A DNA stretch of 64,000 nt, taken from NCBI GenBank assembly GCA_913043225.1, contig CAJWLU010000003.1, positions 176,665 through 240,664 on the forward strand. Direction: 5' to 3'. The DNA is from an uncultured Acidobacteriota bacterium (GTDB lineage: Bacteria; Acidobacteriota; Vicinamibacteria; Vicinamibacterales; UBA8438). This document shows positions 18,698 through 29,619 of the stretch, piece by piece. The first letter of the stretch is position 1. Each line of letters begins with the position of its first letter. Made by a program: the position numbers and the translations under genes. The notes below the pieces were generated by a model. It was given only the letters and a program-made list of their open reading frames with translations, had not been told where the DNA came from and did no database searches.

Positions 18698-19258
18698 ATG
18701 GAAGCGTCAATCGCCATCTTCTTCGGATCCACCACCGGCAGTACACAGATGGTCGCGGAAAAGATCCGTGATCTCCTGGGTGAGCGGCTCTCTCACCTCG
18801 CCGATGTGAACACGGCGGAAGCGTCTGAACTCGAGCAGTACGACGTGATCTTCTTCGGAGTGCCAACGTGGAACGTTGGTGAGATGCAGGATGACTGGGC
18901 CGATTTCATTCCCAATATGTCGGAACTGAACCTTGCAGGAAAGAAGGTTGCCTTCTTTGGGGTTGGCGATGCGGTCGGCTACGCCGAGAACTTTCTGGAT
19001 GCTATGGGCGAGCTCTGGGCGGCCGTGTACGCACAAGGCGCGCCGACACTGGTAGGCGTGTGGCCGACCGACGGATACGTGTTCGAAGCATCGAAAGGGC
19101 TTTACGACGACAACCATTTCCTCGGCGTGGGTCTCGACGAAGACAACGAATCTCACCTAACAGATGAGCGACTGGACCTCTGGCTTGCGCAGGTGCTCCA
19201 GGAGCTGGCCTTGGTTGAGGCCGCAGGAGAGGCCGTCGACGAGGCGGTTGCTCAGTAG
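18698..19258 (+). CDS. fldA: Long-chain flavodoxin
   Basis: [56 protein letters not shown]. Confidence 0.93.
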   Translation: MEASIAIFFGSTTGSTQMVAEKIRDLLGERLSHLADVNTAEASELEQYDVIFFGVPTWNVGEMQDDWADFIPNMSELNLAGKKVAFFGVGDAVGYAENFLDAMGELWAAVYAQGAPTLVGVWPTDGYVFEASKGLYDDNHFLGVGLDEDNESHLTDERLDLWLAQVLQELALVEAAGEAVDEAVAQ

Positions 19259-19286
19259 CCGTTGGTGCTATGCAGGAAGGAGAATA

Positions 19287-19892
19287 ATGATGAACTACAC
19301 CGGGCCCAAAGTGCGTCTGAGTCGAAAGCTGGGCGTCGCCCTGACCCCGAAGGGGCAGGTGGCGATGGAGAAACGGCCGGGGCGACCTGGCCAACATGGT
19401 GGGATGCGTCGCCGCCGGCAGGAGACGTCTTACGGAAAACAACTGCTCGAAAAGCAGCGTCTACGCTTTCAGTACAACGTACACGAACGTCAGATGCGCA
19501 CCTACTTTAAGCGGGCGATGCGGAGAGAGGGACCGACTGGAGATAACCTCGTTCAGCTTCTCGAATCGAGACTTGACGCCCTCGTATATCGGGCGGGTTT
19601 GGCCCGTACGATCTACGCGGCACGTCAGTTCGTTAATCACGGCCATATCGACGTCGATGGCAAGCGTGTCGACATTCCCTCCTTCAGCGTTCGCATCGGC
19701 CAGACCGTTGGAGTCCGAGAGAAATCCCGTCAGCTGGATTGCTTTCGGGACGGACTGGGACTAGAGAGCGCGCCTGCCTATCTGAGGGTGGCAGACACCG
19801 AGCTTTCGTTCACGAAAGACCGCGAGCCGGAAAGAGACGAAGTTCCGGTCATTTGTGACGTTCGCCAGGTGGTCGAGTTCTATTCCCGCTGA
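19287..19892 (+). CDS. rpsD: 30S ribosomal protein S4, form lacking the N-terminal Cys motif; probable paralog
   Basis: [67 protein letters not shown]; not in the alpha operon. Confidence 0.95.
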   Translation: MMNYTGPKVRLSRKLGVALTPKGQVAMEKRPGRPGQHGGMRRRRQETSYGKQLLEKQRLRFQYNVHERQMRTYFKRAMRREGPTGDNLVQLLESRLDALVYRAGLARTIYAARQFVNHGHIDVDGKRVDIPSFSVRIGQTVGVREKSRQLDCFRDGLGLESAPAYLRVADTELSFTKDREPERDEVPVICDVRQVVEFYSR

Positions 19893-20166
19893 CGTCTGTT
19901 TTTGGGTCGAGTCTGGCTCAGCTAACTGGTGATGACCAGCTGGAAGGGGTGTGGTTGATGTCGTTCGGTAGTTCTCCGAGCTGCCAGTGTTGATAGTAAG
20001 GCTGTTGACGATTCGAGACTCGTCCTTGTCACGCGTGCGACGCTGCTGATGAGGGCGGGGCGTAACTCTGAACGGCGAGCGTCGGTCAACGGCCGCTAGC
20101 CGGGTTCTTCAGGAATTTCCGTGACTAGGCCGGACCAGAATAAGTATCCGGCTCCCACGAGAGCGT

Positions 20167-20472
20167 CTAACGGGCCGCCGCTCGTTTACCGAAAAGCCTA
20201 CCGACAGCTTGCATCCGCTGCCAGAAAAAGTCGAACTGCCCGAGCAGCGTGCCGTACCCGATCAGGAAGAGGTGATACATCGGAACCATCACCACGAGGT
20301 AGACGGTCCACTGTACCCATCTCTGGGCATCCGGCGGTAGCAGGAAGGCGATGAGTGGAGCCTTCACCAGTACCGTCGACGTGCCAGCCAGCGAGAAGGC
20401 CACCAGGACGGCGACGGTGCGCCAGAGTGTCAAGCGCCAGCGCTCCTGCATGCGCTGCAGGGTCGCTTTCAT
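20167..20472 (-). CDS. DUF6787-like small membrane protein
   Basis: ERW, AFSLAG and P.Y...L..YGTLLGQFDFFW pattern; TAATG overlap with the upstream peptide gene. Confidence 0.7.
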   Translation of the reverse strand: MKATLQRMQERWRLTLWRTVAVLVAFSLAGTSTVLVKAPLIAFLLPPDAQRWVQWTVYLVVMVPMYHLFLIGYGTLLGQFDFFWQRMQAVGRLFGKRAAAR

Positions 20473-20678
20473 TACTGAGAGTCGCTATCGGAGTCTGTGC
20501 CGTCGCCGCCGCTGCTCGGGCAGGCCGCCGTCATGGCCGCGCTCACGCCGATGGCTCCGGCGATCACCGTCTTGGCCAGGAATGAGCGCCGGTCCACGCG
20601 GGCCGTCTGAATGTCGCTGTCGGACAGCGTGGCGGTCCCATCCTTCAGTTTCTTCGCTTCCGGGTGTCTGGTCGTCAT
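20472..20678 (-). CDS. 68-aa twin-arginine/lipobox peptide with Asp-Ser-rich 16-aa C-terminus (candidate RiPP precursor)
   Basis: RBS AGGAG then MTTRHPEAKKLKDGTATLSDSDIQTARVDRRSFLAKTVIAGAIGVSAAMTAACPSSGGDGTDSDSDSQ. Confidence 0.75.
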   Translation of the reverse strand: MTTRHPEAKKLKDGTATLSDSDIQTARVDRRSFLAKTVIAGAIGVSAAMTAACPSSGGDGTDSDSDSQ

Positions 20679-20742
20679 TGGTCTTGTCTCCTGATTGTCC
20701 GAAGGCATCGGCCTAGCTTGACCGGCACCTCGAGTAGCATGT

Positions 20743-20778
20743 AATTTACACCGTATGAGATTGAGACTCAATCTCATA
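20743..20778 (-). promoter_or_regulatory. Fur-family box 3 overlapping the peptide gene promoter
   Basis: Perfect 12-1-12 TATGAGATTGAG-A-CTCAATCTCATA (20754-20778); minus-strand TTGAGT-N17-TAAATT. Confidence 0.85.
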
Positions 20779-21017
20779 TTTCTCTAGTGAAATCTGCCCT
20801 GAGTCCATTCCTCGAGGGGGTGTGCATCCAGCCGGTTGAAACCTCGCAGGCCGGCGACCTGCTTTTCATGCCTCGGCGACAGATGAGGTCGACAATCCAG
20901 AGCTTTCTGCCTTCGATCTGGGCGCCCTGATTCTAGAGGTCGCCTGGGGACAGCTTGCTGGCGAGCGTGCCGAACTGAGTAGCGTCCATTTGCTACAGTG
21001 AGTTTCGACGAAAAGGG

Positions 21018-21105
21018 TGGTGCGGAAGGGGGGATTTGAACCCCCATGAGCCATTGGCTCGCTAGCCCCTCAAGCTAGTGCGTCTGCCAGTTCCGCCACT
21101 TCCGC
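21018..21105 (-). tRNA. tRNA-Leu(GAG)
   Basis: GCGGAAG acceptor stem, anticodon arm CTAGC-TTGAGGG-GCTAG, long variable arm, GGTTCAAATCC, encoded CCA; downstream of secG. Confidence 0.97.
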
Positions 21106-21132
21106 TCGGGTGGGTGCGGTGGGTGCACCGCC

Positions 21133-21519
21133 CTACTGTGGTGCGGCTGGTGTGTCTGCTGCTTCCTCGGAGGTTTCGGCCGGGGCTTCCGCCGGCGTGT
21201 CTGGCGCTGGAATCTCGACCGGCGCGGTCGCCGGCGCGGCGGTCGGTAGGCCTGGGCCGTCGACGCCGCTCAACACCGATCCGGTGGAACTTTGCCCCGT
21301 GATGGCGAGTGCCATCGCCCCCACCATAAACAGAATGCCGAGCACCGTGGTGGCCCGTGTCAATACCGTGGCGCCGGCACGGGCGCCGAACGCGGTCTGA
21401 CTGCCGCTTCCGCCGAAGGCGGCCGCAATGTCGCCTCCTTTGCCCTGCTGCATCAGCACAACGGCCACGAGCAAGAGACAGGTAACCACGTACAGTGCGT
21501 TGAGAAGAATGCCCACCAT
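21133..21519 (-). CDS. secG: Preprotein translocase subunit SecG
   Basis: VLMQQGKGGDIAAAFGGSGSQTAFGARA...LTRAT; tpiA-secG-tRNA-Leu order. Confidence 0.95.
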   Translation of the reverse strand: MVGILLNALYVVTCLLLVAVVLMQQGKGGDIAAAFGGSGSQTAFGARAGATVLTRATTVLGILFMVGAMALAITGQSSTGSVLSGVDGPGLPTAAPATAPVEIPAPDTPAEAPAETSEEAADTPAAPQ

Positions 21520-21556
21520 AACCGACCCAGTATATCGCGCCTGACGCCGATCGCTA

Positions 21557-22321
21557 CTACCTCTTCGGCCGGCTCGCGGCCACGATTTCGGCAAAGCTCG
21601 TCGGCTCGAGACTGGCGCCGCCCACTAGGGCGCCGTCCACGTCCGCCCGTTCCATCAGCTCCGCCGCGTTGGCAGGCTTGACGCTGCCACCGTAGAGGAT
21701 GCGGCAGGCGGCAGCCGCTGTTTGACCGAACGCCAGCGCAAGCTGCTCCCGGATGTATCGATGGGCTTCGTCGGCCTGATCTGGCGTGGCGACCTTGCCG
21801 GTGCCGATCGCCCAGACAGGTTCGTAGGCCACCACCAACTCGGTGACCTGCGCCGGGGTTAGCTGGGCGAGGCCGTCCCCGATCTGCCGGTCTAGCACGC
21901 CGAAGGTGTGTCCCGATTCCCGCTCCGCCAGCGTTTCCCCGACACAGACGATGGGCGTCAGCCCGGCCGCGAGCGTGGCCCGTGTCTTGGTATTGACGCC
22001 GGCGTCGGTCTCACCGAAGAGCTGCCGTCGCTCGGAGTGTCCGATGATCGCGAGCTGAACCCCGGACGCCTGGAGCATGCTCAGACTTACCTCGCCGGTG
22101 AATGCCCCGTGCGGCTCGGCGCTCACGTTCTGGGCGGCGACGCGGACCCGGCTCTCCGAGACGGCCTCGACCAGCGCCGGCAGAGCCAGGAACGATGGCG
22201 CTACCACGATGTCCATATCGGTGACGTCGTGCACGAGCGGTGTGAAGGCGCCGGCGTACTCCACCGCTTCGGCCACGGTCTTGTGCATCTTCCAGTTCGC
22301 GGCGACGAACGGTTTTCGCAT
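21557..22321 (-). CDS. tpiA: Triosephosphate isomerase
   Basis: ANWKM, IGHSERR, AYEPVWAIGTG, LYGGSVK, DGALVGGASL. Confidence 0.98.
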   Translation of the reverse strand: MRKPFVAANWKMHKTVAEAVEYAGAFTPLVHDVTDMDIVVAPSFLALPALVEAVSESRVRVAAQNVSAEPHGAFTGEVSLSMLQASGVQLAIIGHSERRQLFGETDAGVNTKTRATLAAGLTPIVCVGETLAERESGHTFGVLDRQIGDGLAQLTPAQVTELVVAYEPVWAIGTGKVATPDQADEAHRYIREQLALAFGQTAAAACRILYGGSVKPANAAELMERADVDGALVGGASLEPTSFAEIVAASRPKR

Positions 22322-22324
22322 CCT

Positions 22325-23530
22325 TCAGTCCATTTCCTCTCCGGCATCCGGGAGTACATGGACTCCGGGCAGCGTGCGACCTCCCAGCAGTTCCAGCGAA
22401 GCGCCGCCACCGGTGGAGACGTGCGTGATGGCGTCGGCGACCCCGGCGCGGCCAATCGCTGCCACCGAGTCACCGCCCCCGACCACCGAACGAGCCGCAC
22501 TCTCGGCCACCGCCTTGGCTACGGCCACGGTCCCCGGAGCGAACGGCTCGACCTCGAACACCCCCATCGGCCCGTTCCACATGATCGTCTTGGCTCCCGC
22601 GATCACCTCCGCGTAGCGAGCTATGGTCGTCGGACCGATGTCCACCCCGAGCCGCTCGCCGATGGCCGGATCGTCGACGGCCAGGGTCTCGTGCGTCGTG
22701 TCCGCGTCGAGCGATGGCGCGACGACATGGTCTCGCGGGAGTTCCAGTCGAACGCCGCGGCTCGTCGCCTCGTCGAGGATGCGTCGTGTCGTCTCGATCA
22801 GGTCTGGCTCAACCAGCGAGCGTCCGACCGGGAGGCCCTGGGCCAGGAAGAAGGTGTAGGCCATGGCTCCGCCGACGAGCAACGCGTCGACCCGACCGAG
22901 GAGATTGTCGATGACCTCGAGTTTCCCCGACACCTTGGCGCCGCCCAGGATGGCGATAAACGGTTGGGCCGACTGGCTCAGCAGTCCACCCAGGTGCTTG
23001 AGCTCGGCCGCCATGAGCAGGCCGGCGGCCGCGTCGTGCAGGTGGTTGACGATGCCGGCGGTTGAGGCGTGGGCGCGATGGGCAGCCCCGAACGCGTCGT
23101 TCACGTAGCAGTCGGCCGATTCAGCGAGCTGGTGGGCGAAGTCCCGATCGTTGCTTTCCTCGCCCTGGTGAAACCGCAGGTTCTCGAGCAGTACGATGCG
23201 TCCGCTGCCGACCTGCGCCAGAGCCGCCTTCACTGGTGCGCCGACGCAGTCGTCCGCAAATACCACCGGCCGGCTCAGCACCTGTTCCAGATGTACGGCC
23301 ACCGGTTTCAGGCTGAACGCCGGGTTGGACTTTCCCTTCGGTCGACCCAGATGAGAGCCGACGACGACGGTCGCGCCACGGTCGAGGGCGTGCCGCAGCG
23401 TTGGTAGGGCCGCCCGGATTCGGGTGTCGTCCCCGATGATGCCATCCCGGATCGGAACGTTAAAGTCGACACGGATGAACACCAGCCGCCCGTCCAGGGC
23501 AAGGTCGTGGATCGTCCGCTTCGCGATCAT
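22325..23530 (-). CDS. pgk: Phosphoglycerate kinase
   Basis: RVDFNVP, SHLGRPKG, LLENLRF, NDAFGAAHRAHAS, GGAKVSGK, STGGGASLE. Confidence 0.98.
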   Translation of the reverse strand: MIAKRTIHDLALDGRLVFIRVDFNVPIRDGIIGDDTRIRAALPTLRHALDRGATVVVGSHLGRPKGKSNPAFSLKPVAVHLEQVLSRPVVFADDCVGAPVKAALAQVGSGRIVLLENLRFHQGEESNDRDFAHQLAESADCYVNDAFGAAHRAHASTAGIVNHLHDAAAGLLMAAELKHLGGLLSQSAQPFIAILGGAKVSGKLEVIDNLLGRVDALLVGGAMAYTFFLAQGLPVGRSLVEPDLIETTRRILDEATSRGVRLELPRDHVVAPSLDADTTHETLAVDDPAIGERLGVDIGPTTIARYAEVIAGAKTIMWNGPMGVFEVEPFAPGTVAVAKAVAESAARSVVGGGDSVAAIGRAGVADAITHVSTGGGASLELLGGRTLPGVHVLPDAGEEMD

Positions 23531-23538
23531 TGCTCGTA

Positions 23539-26010
<2,472 letters not shown>

Positions 26011-26011
<1 letters not shown>

Positions 26012-27030
26012 TGCAGCACCTGCTGGCCCGTCTCTACGCTGCCGCGGCTCGTCGCCGTCGTCGGTACTTTGCCACCCATCCTTCCGCGCGGCGCCGCCTG
26101 CGGTGTCCGGTCGTGAGCGTCGGAGCGCTCAGTGCGGGTGGCAGTGGGAAGACCCCGGTAGCAGCGGTGGTAGCTCGTCGCCTGGTGGCGATGGGCGAGC
26201 GTCCGGCGTTGCTGAGTCGTGGCTATCGCCGCGCGGACCCGGTCGAGGGCGTGGTGGTCGTGCGCGATCATTCGACCGTGCGCGGGACCCTCGAGACCGC
26301 CGGCGACGAACCGTGGATGCTGGCCCAGCAGCTCGACGGTGTCGCGGTCGTGGTCGCGCCCGATCGCCATCTCGCGGGAACGCTCGCCGAGTCTCACTTG
26401 GGCGCCACCGTGCACGTGCTAGATGATGGGTTTCAGCATTTCGCCCTTGAACGGTGTGTCGATCTGGTGGTGGTCCGGCCCCACGACCTCGAAGACGCTG
26501 TCTTGCCCGCAGGGAAGTTGCGTGAGGCGTTGACGACCGCGGTCGAGGCGGATGCCGTTCTCGTCGTTGATCCCGATGCCGGGGTTCGCGCCGGCGTGGC
26601 CGAACGGCTCGGTGTCACCACCTGTTTCGGTGTCACGACGACCCTCCAGCCTCCTGTCGTTCGGTCGCCCGCCGCGGCGGAGGAGCAGGTACTCGTTGGT
26701 GTGCCGGTCTTCGCCGTGGCAGGGATTGCCGACCCCGGCCGTTTTGTGCGCGACCTATCCAGTGCCGGTTGGGCGCCGGTTGGCAGCGCGCTCTTCCCTG
26801 ACCACCATCCCTACACAGAGGCGGACATCCAGCGCTGTGTCCGCCAGGCGGCCGCCGCTGGCGCCGAGCTGATCGTCACGACCGAGAAGGACTGGGTACG
26901 TTCGGCTCGCTGGTTCCCCAGCACGGTTCAGGTAGCCGTGGCGTGTCTGGAGACGAAGGTGGAGCCGGCAGGAGGCTTTGACCGGCTGCTGGCCGAGCGT
27001 CTGGCCATAGCCCGGGAGCATGCGGCGTGA
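26011..27030 (+). CDS. lpxK: Tetraacyldisaccharide 4'-kinase
   Basis: VVSVG.LSAGGSGKTP, LSRGY, GDEP, LDDGFQH, FPDHH, TTEKD. Confidence 0.95.
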
Positions 27031-28007
27031 GCGCCTTCTCTCCCGGGCGTCGACTTCGTCCGATCCGCCATCGGCTCGAATATGCGACGGTAGTTGCTGT
27101 TCGGCTAGCGGTGCGCCTGATGCCCCGGTCGTGGATGCTCACGGCCGCGACCGGGTTGGGCCTGGTGTTTCACCGACTGGACCGTCGCCGCCGTGAAACC
27201 GCGGTGCGGAACGTGTGCGCGGCGTTCCCCCTGCGCACGGAGGTTGAGTGCCGGGAGATTGTCCGGGGCGCGTTCAGCAATCTCGGTCGCCACATTCTCG
27301 AACTGCTGCGTTTCGACACCCTGAATGTGGAACAGATGACGGACGTGGTCGAGCTCGAGGGCGTCGAGCGGGTGGAGCAGGTCCTCGCGTCCGGGCGGGG
27401 CGCCATGTTCTTCACCGGTCACTTTGGGTTCTGGGAGCTCCAGATCATGGTGCACGCCGTACGGTTCGCGCCGATCGTGATGGTGGCTCGCACCCTCGAC
27501 AACCCACTGCTCGAAGCGATGATTGAGCGGCTGCGTACACGGGTCGGCACGCGGGTGATACCCCGCCAGGGCGCCATCCGGGAATTGCTGCGGGCATTGC
27601 AGCAGGACGAGTCGGTCGGCATGATGATCGACCAGCACATGCAGGACCGCAGCGCGATCGTGGTGAACTTCTTCAATCGGCCTGCGGCCACCACCTCAGC
27701 GATCGCCGCGCTGGCGCTTCGGACCGATGTTCCGGTGATCCCGGTCTTCGCGTTGCCGCTGCCGGACGGGCGTTATCGCCTGATCTATGAGGCTCCCGTC
27801 GACCGGCCGGATCCGGATGATCCCGACGCCGTCCGGTTGCTGACCCAACGTTGCACCGATGTGCTGGAGATTTACGTGCGTCGCTACCCGGAGCTGTGGC
27901 TCTGGATGCACCGCCGTTGGCGGGTCGCCGATGAGATCGCCGCGCCGACCTCTTCGGCGCCTGCGGTCGACTCTGCGCCTCCCGCGTCGGCCCGCGGAGG
28001 GAAGTGA
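27027..28007 (+). CDS. Lipid A late acyltransferase (LpxL/HtrB family)
   Basis: TGHFGFWE (Hx4E), LDNP, IDQ, FFNRPA.T, WLWMHRRW. Confidence 0.9.
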   Translation: MSAFSPGRRLRPIRHRLEYATVVAVRLAVRLMPRSWMLTAATGLGLVFHRLDRRRRETAVRNVCAAFPLRTEVECREIVRGAFSNLGRHILELLRFDTLNVEQMTDVVELEGVERVEQVLASGRGAMFFTGHFGFWELQIMVHAVRFAPIVMVARTLDNPLLEAMIERLRTRVGTRVIPRQGAIRELLRALQQDESVGMMIDQHMQDRSAIVVNFFNRPAATTSAIAALALRTDVPVIPVFALPLPDGRYRLIYEAPVDRPDPDDPDAVRLLTQRCTDVLEIYVRRYPELWLWMHRRWRVADEIAAPTSSAPAVDSAPPASARGGK

Positions 28008-29059
28008 CACCCATGCGCTTCCTTGTCCGCACGCCGAACTGGTTGGGCGATCTGGTGATGGCACTACCGGTGTTTACCGCCTTACGGGCGCAGGAGCGCG
28101 ACGCCATGCTAGTGGCGGCAGCGCCAGCTGCATTCGCTCCGTTGCTGAGCGCTGTCGGGTCGATCGACGAGGTCGTCCCGCTCGATCGTGCCGTCTCCGG
28201 CGGGATGGCGCGGCTGCGGGCCGAGGCGGCGACGCTCCGCGAGGGCCGATTCGACCGGGTCTTACTGCTGCCCAACTCCTTTGGTTCGGCCTGGGCGGCC
28301 CGACAGGCCGGTATTCCCGAGCGGTGGGGATATACGGGTCCGGCTCGTCGGTTGATGCTGACGCGTGCTGTCCCGCGTCCGCCTTTACGTCCCCATCGCC
28401 ATCTGACCGTCGATTACCAGACGCTGGTCGAGGGGGTGGGCGTAACTCCGGTGGCTCCCGTGCCTCGCCTCGCTCCGACCGGCGGGATGACCCGCCGGGC
28501 CAGGACCCTGCTCCAGGGTGTTGGCGTAGATCTCTGTCGACCTATGGTGGGGGTGGCGCCGGGCGCGGCCTACGGACACGCTAAGCGCTGGTCTCCAACG
28601 AGCTACGCCGATGTCGTCGCCCGGCTTGTCGCCGACCGACACCTGCAGGTGGTGCTGGTCGGGAGTGGGCACGATCGCGATGCGGGCTATGCGATAGAAT
28701 CCTCGCTTCCGCGCGATGGGTTGGTGCGGGACGGTGTCTTCAACCTGATCGGCCGTACCGACCTTACCGAACTGGTCGGCGTGCTCGCAGGCTGCCACGC
28801 GTTCATTTCGAGCGATTCGGGCGCCATGCATCTGGCCGCGGCGCTCGGGGTTCGCGTCACGGCGCTCTTCGGCCCGACTGATGAACGGTTGACCGCGCCG
28901 GTCGGATCGCATGCGGTGCTGAGTCGGTCGGTCCGGTGTCGGCCCTGCTTCTTCCGTGACTGTCCGATCGACCATCGCTGCATGCGTCGCATTACCACTA
29001 GCCAGGTCTTCGAAGCCGTGAGCGATGGCTTAGATCAGCAGGTAGGAGGATCGTCATGA
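28004..29059 (+). CDS. waaF: LPS heptosyltransferase II
   Basis: PNWLGDLVM, LPNSF.SA, PGAAYG.AKRW, DSGAMHLAAA, C.PCF.R.CP..H.CM. Confidence 0.92.
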   Translation: MTPMRFLVRTPNWLGDLVMALPVFTALRAQERDAMLVAAAPAAFAPLLSAVGSIDEVVPLDRAVSGGMARLRAEAATLREGRFDRVLLLPNSFGSAWAARQAGIPERWGYTGPARRLMLTRAVPRPPLRPHRHLTVDYQTLVEGVGVTPVAPVPRLAPTGGMTRRARTLLQGVGVDLCRPMVGVAPGAAYGHAKRWSPTSYADVVARLVADRHLQVVLVGSGHDRDAGYAIESSLPRDGLVRDGVFNLIGRTDLTELVGVLAGCHAFISSDSGAMHLAAALGVRVTALFGPTDERLTAPVGSHAVLSRSVRCRPCFFRDCPIDHRCMRRITTSQVFEAVSDGLDQQVGGSS

Positions 29060-29619
29060 GGCAGGCGGTCTTCCTGGATCGTGACGGTACGCTCAACGAG
29101 GACGTCGGGCATCTCGATCGGCTCGACCGTCTGACGCTTTTTCCGTTCGCGATCGATGCGGTCCGTCTTCTGCACCAAGCCGGATACGCGGTTGTGGTTG
29201 TGACCAATCAGGGTGGCATCGCGAAGGGCTTGGTGGAAGAGATGTTCGTCACCGACCTGCATGCCCGTTTGACCGAGTGGTTCGCGGCTGGTGGCGGGAT
29301 TATCGAGCGGTTCTACCACTGTCCGCATGATCCGCGAGCTGCGATCCCCGCCTACCGCCGCGAGTGTGACTGTCAGAAGCCGCGACCGGGCATGGTGCGA
29401 CAGGCTGTGGCAGACCTCGACTTGGACCCCACACGCTCGTACGTGGTGGGCGACAAGTGGAGCGACATCGGTCTGGCCCGCAACGTGGGTGCTACCGGCA
29501 TCCTGGTACGGACCGGCTACGGCGTAACCCAGGAGCGGCATGCGGACACGAGTGAGTTATTGGTGGCCGATGACCTGATGGCAGCCACGGTACACATCCT
29601 TGCCGAGACCGACCGATGA
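29056..29619 (+). CDS. gmhB: D-glycero-D-manno-heptose 1,7-bisphosphate phosphatase
   Basis: FLDRDGTLN, VTNQGGI, CPH..CDCQKPRPGM, VGDK.SD. Confidence 0.92.
   Translation: MRQAVFLDRDGTLNEDVGHLDRLDRLTLFPFAIDAVRLLHQAGYAVVVVTNQGGIAKGLVEEMFVTDLHARLTEWFAAGGGIIERFYHCPHDPRAAIPAYRRECDCQKPRPGMVRQAVADLDLDPTRSYVVGDKWSDIGLARNVGATGILVRTGYGVTQERHADTSELLVADDLMAATVHILAETDR

Noticed and set aside
19164..19286. 41-aa N-terminal extension of S4 in the ORF track
   Set aside because: Overlaps fldA; AGGAG before ATG 19287 gives a normal S4 N-terminus
19893..20166. 270-bp gap between convergent rpsD and the DUF6787-like gene as ncRNA or gene remnant
   Set aside because: Only weak hairpins and no recognisable coding or RNA motif
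20679..20777. Longer 101-aa version of the Tat peptide ORF
   Set aside because: The upstream start lies inside the operator/promoter; the RBS supports ATG 20678
21908..23065. 385-aa plus-strand ORF
   Set aside because: Antisense to tpiA/pgk; typical high-GC shadow ORF
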